A stretch of DNA of 64,000 bases from Bradymonadales bacterium. Lineage in GTDB: Bacteria; Myxococcota_A; Bradymonadia; JAFGEP01. A model generated the notes under the pieces. The model searched no databases. It had not been told where the DNA came from and saw only the letters and a program-made list of their open reading frames with translations. Made by a program: the position numbers and the translations under genes. Positions 57,101-64,000 of this stretch are shown in pieces. Position 1 is the stretch's first letter; every line of letters begins with the position of its first letter. The stretch lies in assembly GCA_016931535.1 (NCBI GenBank), contig JAFGEP010000157.1, positions 917 through 64,916 on the forward strand. The letters run 5' to 3'.

Positions 57101-57539
57101 CGGCAACCTGGTGGGCGGGGCGATCCAGATCTACCAGAGCCACAGCCTGACGGGCAGCATCTCCGACGGCTCGGGTGGAGACGTGGCTGGGTACTTCGTC
57201 ATCGGAGAGAGCGATGTTCCCAACCGGGATCAGACGGTCTCGATGGACATCCAGAACGGTCCCGACAATATCCGCCTGGTGGATAGCTGCGGGAACATCG
57301 TGGATGCGGTGGGGTATGGGAACTTCACCGATACGCACTACTGGGCCGGCGAGCCCGATACCCCCAGAGCTCCGGTCAACCTGACGATCGCCGAGGGGGA
57401 GACCTACGGTCGGTGTGGCACTGCCGATCTGGACGACGCGGACAGCGATATCAACGCGGACGATTTCGTGGTCATCCCGTTTGGTGAGGGGCCGATCTAC
57501 GCACCCAACGCCGGCCTTCAGAATCCGGGGTGCGAGTAG
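54156..57539 (+). CDS. Giant lipoprotein with about seven lamin-tail-domain (LTD) repeats
   Basis: Signal peptide plus lipobox SIFGCPE. Repeated (V/M)VINE(V/I/L)LYDPxGxDSVxxEFIELRG...QNGPDxxRLxDCxG modules that match the LTD consensus. Units are about 180 aa (about 540 bp) and about 80-85% identical at the nucleotide level. Confidence 0.7.
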   Translation: MSLNRTACFCFLLSLGTWSIFGCPEDKEPSDWLCDCEPGQICRDGVCYPADAGGDAGDMGQDWEFVDNPDCPASGMVINELVYDPITGTPEWVEVMGPPLRDLSGFRLVHINGTGGGTLFDIPLSGGLGTDGFFLLAASAMDGADQLSEELVLQNGPDNLRLLDCGGQTVDAVGYGNFTATQVFAGEGSPAESTGRGPSLSRCPGAVDTGDNGADFHIADQPTPAAENANFRDVFACEACEGGTFDGKVVINEVLYDPTGSDSVTTEFIELRGDAGLSIFGLTVELVNGSDNEVYRSFTLDGRINDDGLYTIGGDPQWSDFSLPVTLQNGPDSIRLVDCEGAVVDALAYGTFEATEFPAGEGASAAAVGQGYSVARCAGETLAEIDSNDNATDFFEATPTPFAANTGFTDELACGGSSSCVSGAFDGKVVINEILYDPTGSDSVTTEFLELRGAPGLNLAGLTVHMVNGSSGDIYQSFALSGQINEDGLFTIGGAAELSNFALLGTIQNGPDSVQLLDCEGSVVDALAYGTFDLTEFPAGEGTSAEGVGQNHSLARCPGATLAEIDSNNNAADFHEATPSPFVANTGFTDIRACGGTGCEPGLLTGRLHLNELLPGESGFVEVRGEANLGLADTSVVVLDGAGTELGVLDLTGSLDGNGYAAVDVTVIPSAGGTLKLRDCEDVVIDAVAWGVGASLQGEGPAAPAPAAGQSLGRCPQASDTNNNYADFKLIATPTRGVENTNFVNPEDCGITVCVPGALNGKVVLNELLYDPVGTDSVGPTFIELRGEAGTDLTDAQLQFFSGSGTPGRTLTLGGVIPASGYYVVGQNLSITPDITNNFADLTNTGGFVLLVDCAEGVVDAVGYGAVTATGLGEDLPAQGTATNSGQSLVRCAGDTLGEIDSGHNSEDFDISTTPTPGELNSGFSGRVCEAGPCTTPLTDLVVINEFMPDEPGGESGSHYSFVELRGVPGTSLANSRLELVNGNLVGGAIQIYQSHSLTGSISDGSGGDVAGYFVIGESDVPNRDQTVSMDIQNGPDNIRLVDSCGNIVDAVGYGNFTDTHYWAGEPDTPRAPVNLTIAEGETYGRCGTADLDDADSDINADDFVVIPFGEGPIYAPNAGLQNPGCE

Positions 57540-57713
57540 CGCGCTTGAGCTACCCTCACCCCCGGCCCCTCTCCCGCTGATCGCGAGCGAGGGGGACCGG
57601 AAAACGGGGATCCATCCTGTCATCCAACACTTTCCTGGGGTAAATGGCAACCCTTGGGTGGTCCGGGGGAATGGCTTTCTTGCGGGGTAGTCGGTCGGGA
57701 TCGAGCGAGGGAG

Positions 57714-58229
57714 CTAGCGCCACACGACCATTTCGTCCAACGGCCGGCGAGGGGTTTTCTCGGGGTTTTCGGCGGGGTGTCCGATGGGGAGCAGGGCGAC
57801 CGGCCGGAGGTCGGGAGGGCTCTGGATGACTCGGCAGACCGCCTCCTCGTCGAAGGCACCGACCCAGACGCTGGCGAGCCCCTGGTCGACGATGGCCATC
57901 CAGGCGAAGGTGGCGGCGATGGTGGCATCCTGCAGGCAGTAGAGGTTGGCGCCACGGGAGCCGTATCGGCCGAGGGAGCGGTTGGGATCGGCGAAGAAAG
58001 CGAGGCACACGGGGGCTTCCGCGAGAAAGTCCTGGTGGTAGGCGGCCGCGGCAAGTCCGCGGCGAATCTGCGGATCGCGGATCACGTAGAGGCGATAGGC
58101 CTGGCGGTTTCCAGCGGTGGGAGCGGTCCGGATGATCTCGAGAAGCTGTTGGACCGTTGCCTCGTCCACCGGCTGGGAGGTGAAGGAGCGGATGGAACGC
58201 CTGTTGCGGATGATCTCGGAGAAATCCAT
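57714..58229 (-). CDS. Nitroreductase-family protein
   Basis: IRNRRSIRSF FMN-binding N-terminal motif. 171 aa. GGAGG RBS. Confidence 0.75.
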   Translation of the reverse strand: MDFSEIIRNRRSIRSFTSQPVDEATVQQLLEIIRTAPTAGNRQAYRLYVIRDPQIRRGLAAAAYHQDFLAEAPVCLAFFADPNRSLGRYGSRGANLYCLQDATIAATFAWMAIVDQGLASVWVGAFDEEAVCRVIQSPPDLRPVALLPIGHPAENPEKTPRRPLDEMVVWR

Positions 58230-58495
58230 GGTTGTTGTCCTCCAGGGTGATCGGGTAGCGGTCAGGCTGACCTGATACTGGCAAACCTCGGCAGTTGACA
58301 AGAGGAAACTCCAGTTTTCCGGAGGGGTCCAGCCGTAACCCGGTCATTCTCGCCGGTCATGGGAATCGATTGGCTTTGTCGCCAGAACATGGTTGAATCA
58401 TAGGCGCGGGCGAGCCCAAGGCAACCCACTGGTGGGAGATCCTGGGCGGCATCCAGTTCAATGGTTGAAGGGTACGAAGCAGGGGAGGTAGTCTG

Positions 58496-59602
58496 ATGCG
58501 AAAGAGAACCTGGTTGGCTGCAGGGCTCTTGGCCATGCTCTGTTGGGGAACGATGGGCTGTCCGGACGACAACCCTTCGGAACCGATAGCAGACGCACTG
58601 GACGCCGATTCCTCCTTGCGAGATGTTCCCGGGGAGGCGACGGGAGACCTGGAGTTGGATGGGCAGGATGTGCCCACGGAGGGTGGTGAGGACGCTCCCC
58701 CGCTCTACTTGGGGCACGAGACGCAGGGTGCGGGCTCGGAATGGCCGGACTGTCTCAGCGGGTGTGATCATGCGCACCCGCTATCTCCCGTGCTGGACAT
58801 CATCGATCTGCCGTTCGACGCGCTGTGGGGGGTGATCGACGGGGACGAGCATATTTTCTATGTCCAGTCGGTGGAGTACGTCGGTCCGGACGTCGATCTC
58901 CTGGCGGTGACCTTGCCGACCCGCACGATGCTGGAGATCCGGGTGGAGCCGGCCGACAGCAGCTCGCCGGTTCATCCGCTGGTGATCACCCACGACGGCT
59001 TCAACTACATGACCTTCAACGCCGGGGTGGCGGCGGACGATGTTTCGGCGCGGACGGTGGTGGCCTCTCCCTACGTGGGGGACTTGCCGTTCTACATCGC
59101 ATTCCAGGATGCCAACAACTACGACAACACGCCCGCCGGACCATTTGTCGGGGGTGAGGAGTACGCCTACCTGGTCTGGTTCGATACCTGGGGGTTCGCT
59201 CCCGTCGAGCTGGGGGAGCTGAATGCGACCAACAGCCCGATCACGGTGACAGGAGCTCGAATCGAGCAGTCTGGAGACATCCATTACTACCGGTTGACCG
59301 CACCGACCGCCGATGCGACGGGTCAGAATCCGGAGGTGAAGTTCACCCGCACCGGATCGGAAGATTTCACCGGCTTCATGGCGGGGATGAACACGATCGG
59401 CGGGCAGCTCGTCTGGGACGCCGGCAGTTGGGTGTTCGACGAGGACCACGATGGAGAGATCACCCTGCCGGGCAGCGCGTTCGTGGCATGCAACACGACG
59501 CCTTGCGAGTCGGAGGGTGAGTACATTTTCGTGGTGATGGACTGGAACGGAGCGGTATTTCCCGGAGAGTTCACCTACAACTTGGAGATCTCGCTGCCAT
59601 GA
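58496..59602 (+). CDS. Hypothetical lipoprotein
   Basis: AGGGGAGG RBS. Signal peptide plus lipobox TMGCPD. Acidic N-terminal linker, then a beta-rich domain. Confidence 0.5.
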   Translation: MRKRTWLAAGLLAMLCWGTMGCPDDNPSEPIADALDADSSLRDVPGEATGDLELDGQDVPTEGGEDAPPLYLGHETQGAGSEWPDCLSGCDHAHPLSPVLDIIDLPFDALWGVIDGDEHIFYVQSVEYVGPDVDLLAVTLPTRTMLEIRVEPADSSSPVHPLVITHDGFNYMTFNAGVAADDVSARTVVASPYVGDLPFYIAFQDANNYDNTPAGPFVGGEEYAYLVWFDTWGFAPVELGELNATNSPITVTGARIEQSGDIHYYRLTAPTADATGQNPEVKFTRTGSEDFTGFMAGMNTIGGQLVWDAGSWVFDEDHDGEITLPGSAFVACNTTPCESEGEYIFVVMDWNGAVFPGEFTYNLEISLP

Positions 59603-61050
59603 GGCTCAACAGGATTTTTCTAACGGCTGTGCTGCTGACAGGTCTGATGGGTATTGGACTGTCGGGGTGCAACCTCGGGTACGATCCCGCCGAGGTGGTC
59701 CTGGTGACCGCCGAGGACGGTGCCACGGATGGACAAGAGGATCTGGACGCGGTCATCTCGCCGGACCTCCCGGAGGATAGAGCGGAGGAAGAGGTCGTTC
59801 AGGATACGACGCCACCGGAGGATCCGGTGGTGGATGCCCCCCGGGATGTGCAGGAGGTGACCGATGCGGTGGAAGCTGGGGATGTCGTGGACGCGACCGA
59901 CCTGGCGGATGCAGAGGACAGCGTGGAGGAGGAAGAGCCGGATCCGGGACCGTGCGCGGTGAGGATCTGTAGCGAATCACCGGCGCCCCTGGTGTACGAT
60001 GAGAACTTCGACACCGACTCTGTCGGCACGACGCCCTGCGCATGGGAGGGGATCACACCGCCCCAAGGATCGCAGGGCCCGCCTCCGGTGGTGGCGGGAG
60101 CCCTCGGAGCCCAGGGTAGGTGGTTGCAGAGCGGAGTGGACGGTCTCGGCGGTTTGCTGAAGTTCGTCCCTCAGAACGCTCCGATCTGGCTGGAGATCGA
60201 TTTTCGGGTGTCACAGACGGACATCATCGATGCGATCGACCAGCTCTGCCTGCTCGGCGGGGACGACCAGACCTGTCTGGTCGATCTCCGGTACAACTAT
60301 ACGACGCGCGGGATCTACGCCAGCTACGTGGTCAATCAGGCGGAACCGGAGACCTTCAGCCTGGGTCGAGTCGATCCGATGAGCTGGCATCGGTTTACCA
60401 TACTGGCACGGACGCCTGAAGAAGAGGAGGCCGGCAATTACGACCTGTGGGTGGATGGGGCACACGGGGGGACGGCTATACCGATCCCCATCCCCACAGA
60501 GGTGGAAGTGCCGGTTTTCGACCGACTGGAGTTTCGGACGAGCGCGCCGGGAACCAGGCCCCCTACGGCGGTGGACAACCTGTACCTGGCCCCATTGTCA
60601 TGCGACGAGTGGACCGGCCACAGCATCTGCGAGCGGCAGCGACCGATCGTGCAGCTTCTGCAGGGTGCTGTGGCGAACAGGTGGATCGCCACCGTTCAAG
60701 GGGGCACGACGGGAGCGGAGGATGTGCACGAGGGCAGCTGTCTGAGCGGGGAGGCCAGTGGACCGGACGCGGTGGTCCCCTTCCGGGTACCTGTCACGAT
60801 GGTCTCCCTGATGGTGAGCACCCGGGATTCCTCGTTCGATACGACCCTATACGTTCGGTCGGAGTGTGCGGATCCTACCAGCGAGCTTCCAGACGGCTGC
60901 AACGAGGATTTTTCTCCGGCGACCACGTCAGAGGTCAACCTGTACTGTGTCCAACCGGGCGTCTACTACGCGATCGTGGATGGCGACGGGCCGGATGATT
61001 CGGGCGATTTCCAGGTGTACATCAACGGGTTGCAGGGGATGTGCGAATGA
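59599..61050 (+). CDS. Hypothetical lipoprotein
   Basis: ATGA overlap with the previous gene. Signal peptide plus lipobox LSGCN. Acidic Asp/Glu-rich linker. Cys-containing C-terminal domain. Confidence 0.5.
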   Translation: MRLNRIFLTAVLLTGLMGIGLSGCNLGYDPAEVVLVTAEDGATDGQEDLDAVISPDLPEDRAEEEVVQDTTPPEDPVVDAPRDVQEVTDAVEAGDVVDATDLADAEDSVEEEEPDPGPCAVRICSESPAPLVYDENFDTDSVGTTPCAWEGITPPQGSQGPPPVVAGALGAQGRWLQSGVDGLGGLLKFVPQNAPIWLEIDFRVSQTDIIDAIDQLCLLGGDDQTCLVDLRYNYTTRGIYASYVVNQAEPETFSLGRVDPMSWHRFTILARTPEEEEAGNYDLWVDGAHGGTAIPIPIPTEVEVPVFDRLEFRTSAPGTRPPTAVDNLYLAPLSCDEWTGHSICERQRPIVQLLQGAVANRWIATVQGGTTGAEDVHEGSCLSGEASGPDAVVPFRVPVTMVSLMVSTRDSSFDTTLYVRSECADPTSELPDGCNEDFSPATTSEVNLYCVQPGVYYAIVDGDGPDDSGDFQVYINGLQGMCE

Positions 61051-61065
61051 GCCCGAGTCGAGGTG

Positions 61066-61536
61066 TCAGGGCTGTTCTCTGACGAAGTGATAGCAGTAAC
61101 GCTCGTGGGCCAGCCGCTGGAAGCCGGCGGCGCGGAAGAGGATGGAGGCGGCGTTGCTCATGCGGTAGGCCTCCACCTCGACCCCCATGATGTCGTTTTC
61201 GTAGGCCCAGTCCAGCAGGAAATCGAGGAGCTTGCGGCCGATGCCGTGACGACGGAGGTTTGGCCGGACGTAGAAGGCCTCGATCCAGAGTGCCCGGTTG
61301 GCCACCTTCAAGCTCCAGATGGGGAAGGCCAGGATGACGCCGGCCACCTCGCCTTGGTCGGTTCTGGCGATCCAGCAATGAGCGGAGCGACTCTGCTCTT
61401 GCAGGGTGGCGTCCACCAGTGGGAGCATCTGGGCCGGTTGATGGACGGGGCCACAGTCGCGGATATCGGAGCAGAAGATCTCCGCCAAGGTCTCGCGGTC
61501 GTTCTGATCGGCACGTCTGATGTTGAGTTGATCCAT
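61066..61536 (-). CDS. GNAT-family N-acetyltransferase
   Basis: RRHGIGRKLLDFLLDWA acetyl-CoA-binding motif A. 156 aa. Confidence 0.75.
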   Translation of the reverse strand: MDQLNIRRADQNDRETLAEIFCSDIRDCGPVHQPAQMLPLVDATLQEQSRSAHCWIARTDQGEVAGVILAFPIWSLKVANRALWIEAFYVRPNLRRHGIGRKLLDFLLDWAYENDIMGVEVEAYRMSNAASILFRAAGFQRLAHERYCYHFVREQP

Positions 61537-61601
61537 GGTGTTCTACTCGGGACGGGGTGACCTCAGCAAAGAGGAAGGGGTCATGCCAGGGGGGAGGGAC
61601 T

Positions 61602-62798
61602 TCAATTCACGATGCCGTAGGGGGCGTCGCGGGTGGGGAGGTCCCGTTCTCGGCGGATGCTGTTGATGGTACCCATGATTCGGCGGAGGTCGCGACGGAT
61701 CTCCCGGATTTCGGCTTCCTTGGCTTCGATGCGTCGCTCGATGGCGCGATGTTCCCTGCCGGTGGTGGCCTCCAGGGCCAGGCGGAGGGAATCGATCTCG
61801 TCCTGGAGGGGCGGGATGCGGCTGTGGATCTCCTCGTAGTCGAGCAACGCCTGGTTGTAGCGGGGGTCTTCCTCGATGGCGGTGATGGCCTCCCGCATCT
61901 GGGAGTAACGCTCCATGTTGTCCTCTTCGAAGACCTGCACCTCCTCGACGATCTCGGCAGCCCGGGCCACCTGCTCGCCAACCTGCGGGTCCTCGTTCAA
62001 TAGCTCGCTCTCCAGGATGGGAAGGATCGGCTCCTCGGCGATCTTGTACTGGGGATAGGTGTCCAGGATCCCATCCCAGTCCATCTCCTGGATGGTCGGG
62101 GCGAGGGCTTGGTAGGCGTCGAGGAAACCCGGGTAGGACTCTTGCCAATCGGCCATGGCCTGGGTATGCGCCTCTTGCCAGCGCTGCTGGGAATGGACCG
62201 CCTGAACCCGGTCGACACAAAGGCGGGCGAACTGGTCGAAGAGGGGAAGGGGAGCGTTGATCACCCGGTACCCCTCCCCGTAAGCCTCGTCAAGGCGTCC
62301 GTCCAGGGCCAGGTCGAAGCAGGCCAGAATGGAGCGGTAATCGGTTTCCTGCTGGGGAAACCAGTCCTCTCGGGGGCCGAGCTGGTCGTGGTAATCGACT
62401 CTCAGCAGGTCGAGGCGGCCCATCACCAGCACGCAGTCGTTTCCGATGACCCGGCAGGTCTCGTTGAGGGCAGAGGCGGCCATTCCTTGTCCAAAAGCGG
62501 GATCGTGCAGGTAGACGAGGCCAAAGAGGCGCTGAGCCTGGTAGGGATCCCCTTCGCGAAAGGCCAGATCGCCTTGCTGGAAGGTGGCGTCGGGGTCGAT
62601 GGGCTGATCGGGCAGCATCGCCTGGGATCGATCGGGACCGATCGTTCCTGTCTCATCTCGATCGGCAGCGGTGGTGGTTCGTTGTTGTCCCGCCTCTTGA
62701 CGGGTGACGAAACCTGCACCGCAGCCGAGCGAAAGAAGCTGGGCGGCAAGGGCAAGAACAAGGGCGATCCTCCAACTTCTGAAAGTCGTCGAGTACAT
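61602..62798 (-). CDS. Hypothetical lipoprotein with helical C-terminal region
   Basis: Signal peptide plus lipobox LSLGCG. Glu/Arg-rich helical C-terminal third. Confidence 0.5.
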   Translation of the reverse strand: MYSTTFRSWRIALVLALAAQLLSLGCGAGFVTRQEAGQQRTTTAADRDETGTIGPDRSQAMLPDQPIDPDATFQQGDLAFREGDPYQAQRLFGLVYLHDPAFGQGMAASALNETCRVIGNDCVLVMGRLDLLRVDYHDQLGPREDWFPQQETDYRSILACFDLALDGRLDEAYGEGYRVINAPLPLFDQFARLCVDRVQAVHSQQRWQEAHTQAMADWQESYPGFLDAYQALAPTIQEMDWDGILDTYPQYKIAEEPILPILESELLNEDPQVGEQVARAAEIVEEVQVFEEDNMERYSQMREAITAIEEDPRYNQALLDYEEIHSRIPPLQDEIDSLRLALEATTGREHRAIERRIEAKEAEIREIRRDLRRIMGTINSIRRERDLPTRDAPYGIVN

Positions 62799-63114
62799 TG
62801 TGCGCGCTCCAAGCAGAAACCAAAGGGTTCCCTTTCTCTACCACAATTGAGTGGATTGCAACACACCTCGACCGTGTTGGAACGCAACCGGGATGAGCCG
62901 GGGCGGAGCCATTCTGGTATCGATATTGCGAGTCGCAGTTCAATCTGGGGGCGAACTCTGTTACAGAATACAGAACTCAAAGACCATACCTTGCCGGTCA
63001 CACCGTTTTCGCTCCGGCCTCGTCGGGGTTGGGGTGGAGAGCCGAGTGGGACTGTAGAAGAGTGTGATGTGGCTCCCTCTGTTATCCAGAGGGTAAGGAG
63101 ACAAGGAGGGTGCG

Positions 63115-64000
63115 ATGCATCGGGCGATGAGCGGAAACCAACAATGCGGGCTGGGGGTTCGTGCCGGCGGGGGCCGGTGGGGGGTCATGACGTTTGTGGC
63201 GCTTTTCGGGGTGATCTTCGGGTCCGGGATCGTCCGAGCGGCAGAGCCTCCAGGCGGGGAGGTGGCTGGTGAGGGAGAGGTCGCGGGGATGGCAGCCCTG
63301 GAAGGGTCAGAGGGCCAGGCGGTCAGCGGGGAGGGGTCAAGCGGGTGGTTGCGGGGAGTCTGGGAGCTCGGTTTTCTGGGGGTATTGGATCACCGTGTCC
63401 AGTTCAGCAAGGACGGGACCTACTTCGACTACGATGACGAGGGGGGTCAGGACGTCCTGTTTTTCGTCCAGCGGTTGAGCCTGGAGCTCCGAGTGGCCAG
63501 GCGGCACGAGGTGATCCTGCTGTATCAGCCGTTGGAGCTGGTCACCACGGCATTGTTGGAGCGGAACGTGAGGGTCGACGGGCTGGTGTTTCCGGAGGGG
63601 ACTCCGATGAGCCTGCGCTACAGCTTTCCGTTCTACCGGGCGAGCTATCTGTACCATGTGCTGGACGAGCCGAGAGCCCAGGTGAGCGTGGGGGGGTCGA
63701 TGCAGATCCGGAATGCCGCCATCGAGTTCCAGTCGCTCGATGGAGAGTTGTATCGCTCCAATGGCGGGATCGGTCCTGTTCCTTTGTTGAAGGTGCGTGG
63801 CCGGTACCAGGTAGCGGATCGGATCTGGCTGGGCACGGAGATCGACGGGATATACGCTCCGGTGAGCTACCTCAACGGCAGCGACAACGAGGTGGAAGGG
63901 GCCTTGCTGGATGCCAGCATCCGGGCGGGGCTGCGGCTTTCGGAGTCGGCGGACGCCTTTGTCAACCTGCGTTACCTGGGGGGAGGTGCGACGGGCACCA
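63115..64000 (+). CDS. Hypothetical secreted / outer-membrane-like protein (3' end truncated by window)
   Basis: AAGGAGACAAGGAGGG RBS. The frame stays open to the window end. Signal-like MTFVALFGVIFGSGIVRAAEP. Alternating beta-strand pattern. Not in the ORF track because no stop codon falls inside the window. Confidence 0.45.
   Translation, partial: MHRAMSGNQQCGLGVRAGGGRWGVMTFVALFGVIFGSGIVRAAEPPGGEVAGEGEVAGMAALEGSEGQAVSGEGSSGWLRGVWELGFLGVLDHRVQFSKDGTYFDYDDEGGQDVLFFVQRLSLELRVARRHEVILLYQPLELVTTALLERNVRVDGLVFPEGTPMSLRYSFPFYRASYLYHVLDEPRAQVSVGGSMQIRNAAIEFQSLDGELYRSNGGIGPVPLLKVRGRYQVADRIWLGTEIDGIYAPVSYLNGSDNEVEGALLDASIRAGLRLSESADAFVNLRYLGGGATGT

Noticed and set aside
58281-58300. Sigma54-like -24/-12 element (TGGCAaacctcgGCagTTGac) between the nitroreductase gene and the lipoprotein gene
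   Set aside because: The GG-to-GC spacing is 9 rather than the required 10 nt, and the -12 element is weak.

Overview
This is a high-GC window. Third codon positions are strongly GC-biased, and the wrong strand throws up many Arg/Pro/Gly-rich shadow ORFs. The content is bacterial chromosomal and looks Myxococcota-like. I count at least 14 proteins with a signal peptide followed by a lipobox cysteine, two eukaryotic-type Ser/Thr kinases with C-terminal PEGA domains, and an FHA-domain sigma54 enhancer-binding protein. Clear housekeeping genes are argS, a type-I dnaJ, gdhA, bcp, comM/yifB, a pncA-like nicotinamidase, a YedK-type SRAP gene and tRNA-Leu(CAA). Transport is represented by a cobalamin/siderophore-type ABC importer whose genes sit on both strands: binding protein and permease on minus, ATPase on plus. 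Accessory content that stands out:
- A minus-strand pair of PEP-synthase/PPDK N-terminal (ATP-grasp-like) domain proteins at 44562..49509, both apparently lacking the phosphohistidine swivel motif. One carries an N-terminal GAF-like region and a C-terminal Pol-beta-type nucleotidyltransferase domain. This is the strongest candidate for an undescribed system.
- A dispersed REP-like hairpin repeat: four tandem copies at 3867..4085 and a single copy at 11539..11600.
- A giant lipoprotein at 54156..57539 with about seven lamin-tail-domain (LTD) repeats, which are also tandem repeats at the DNA level.
- Three large Cys-rich secreted proteins, two of which carry MopE-like C-D-G-x-D-E-x-C motifs plus a shared unnamed domain.
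- Tandem paralogous lipoproteins at 33070..34526.
No CRISPR array, integrase or transposase was seen.
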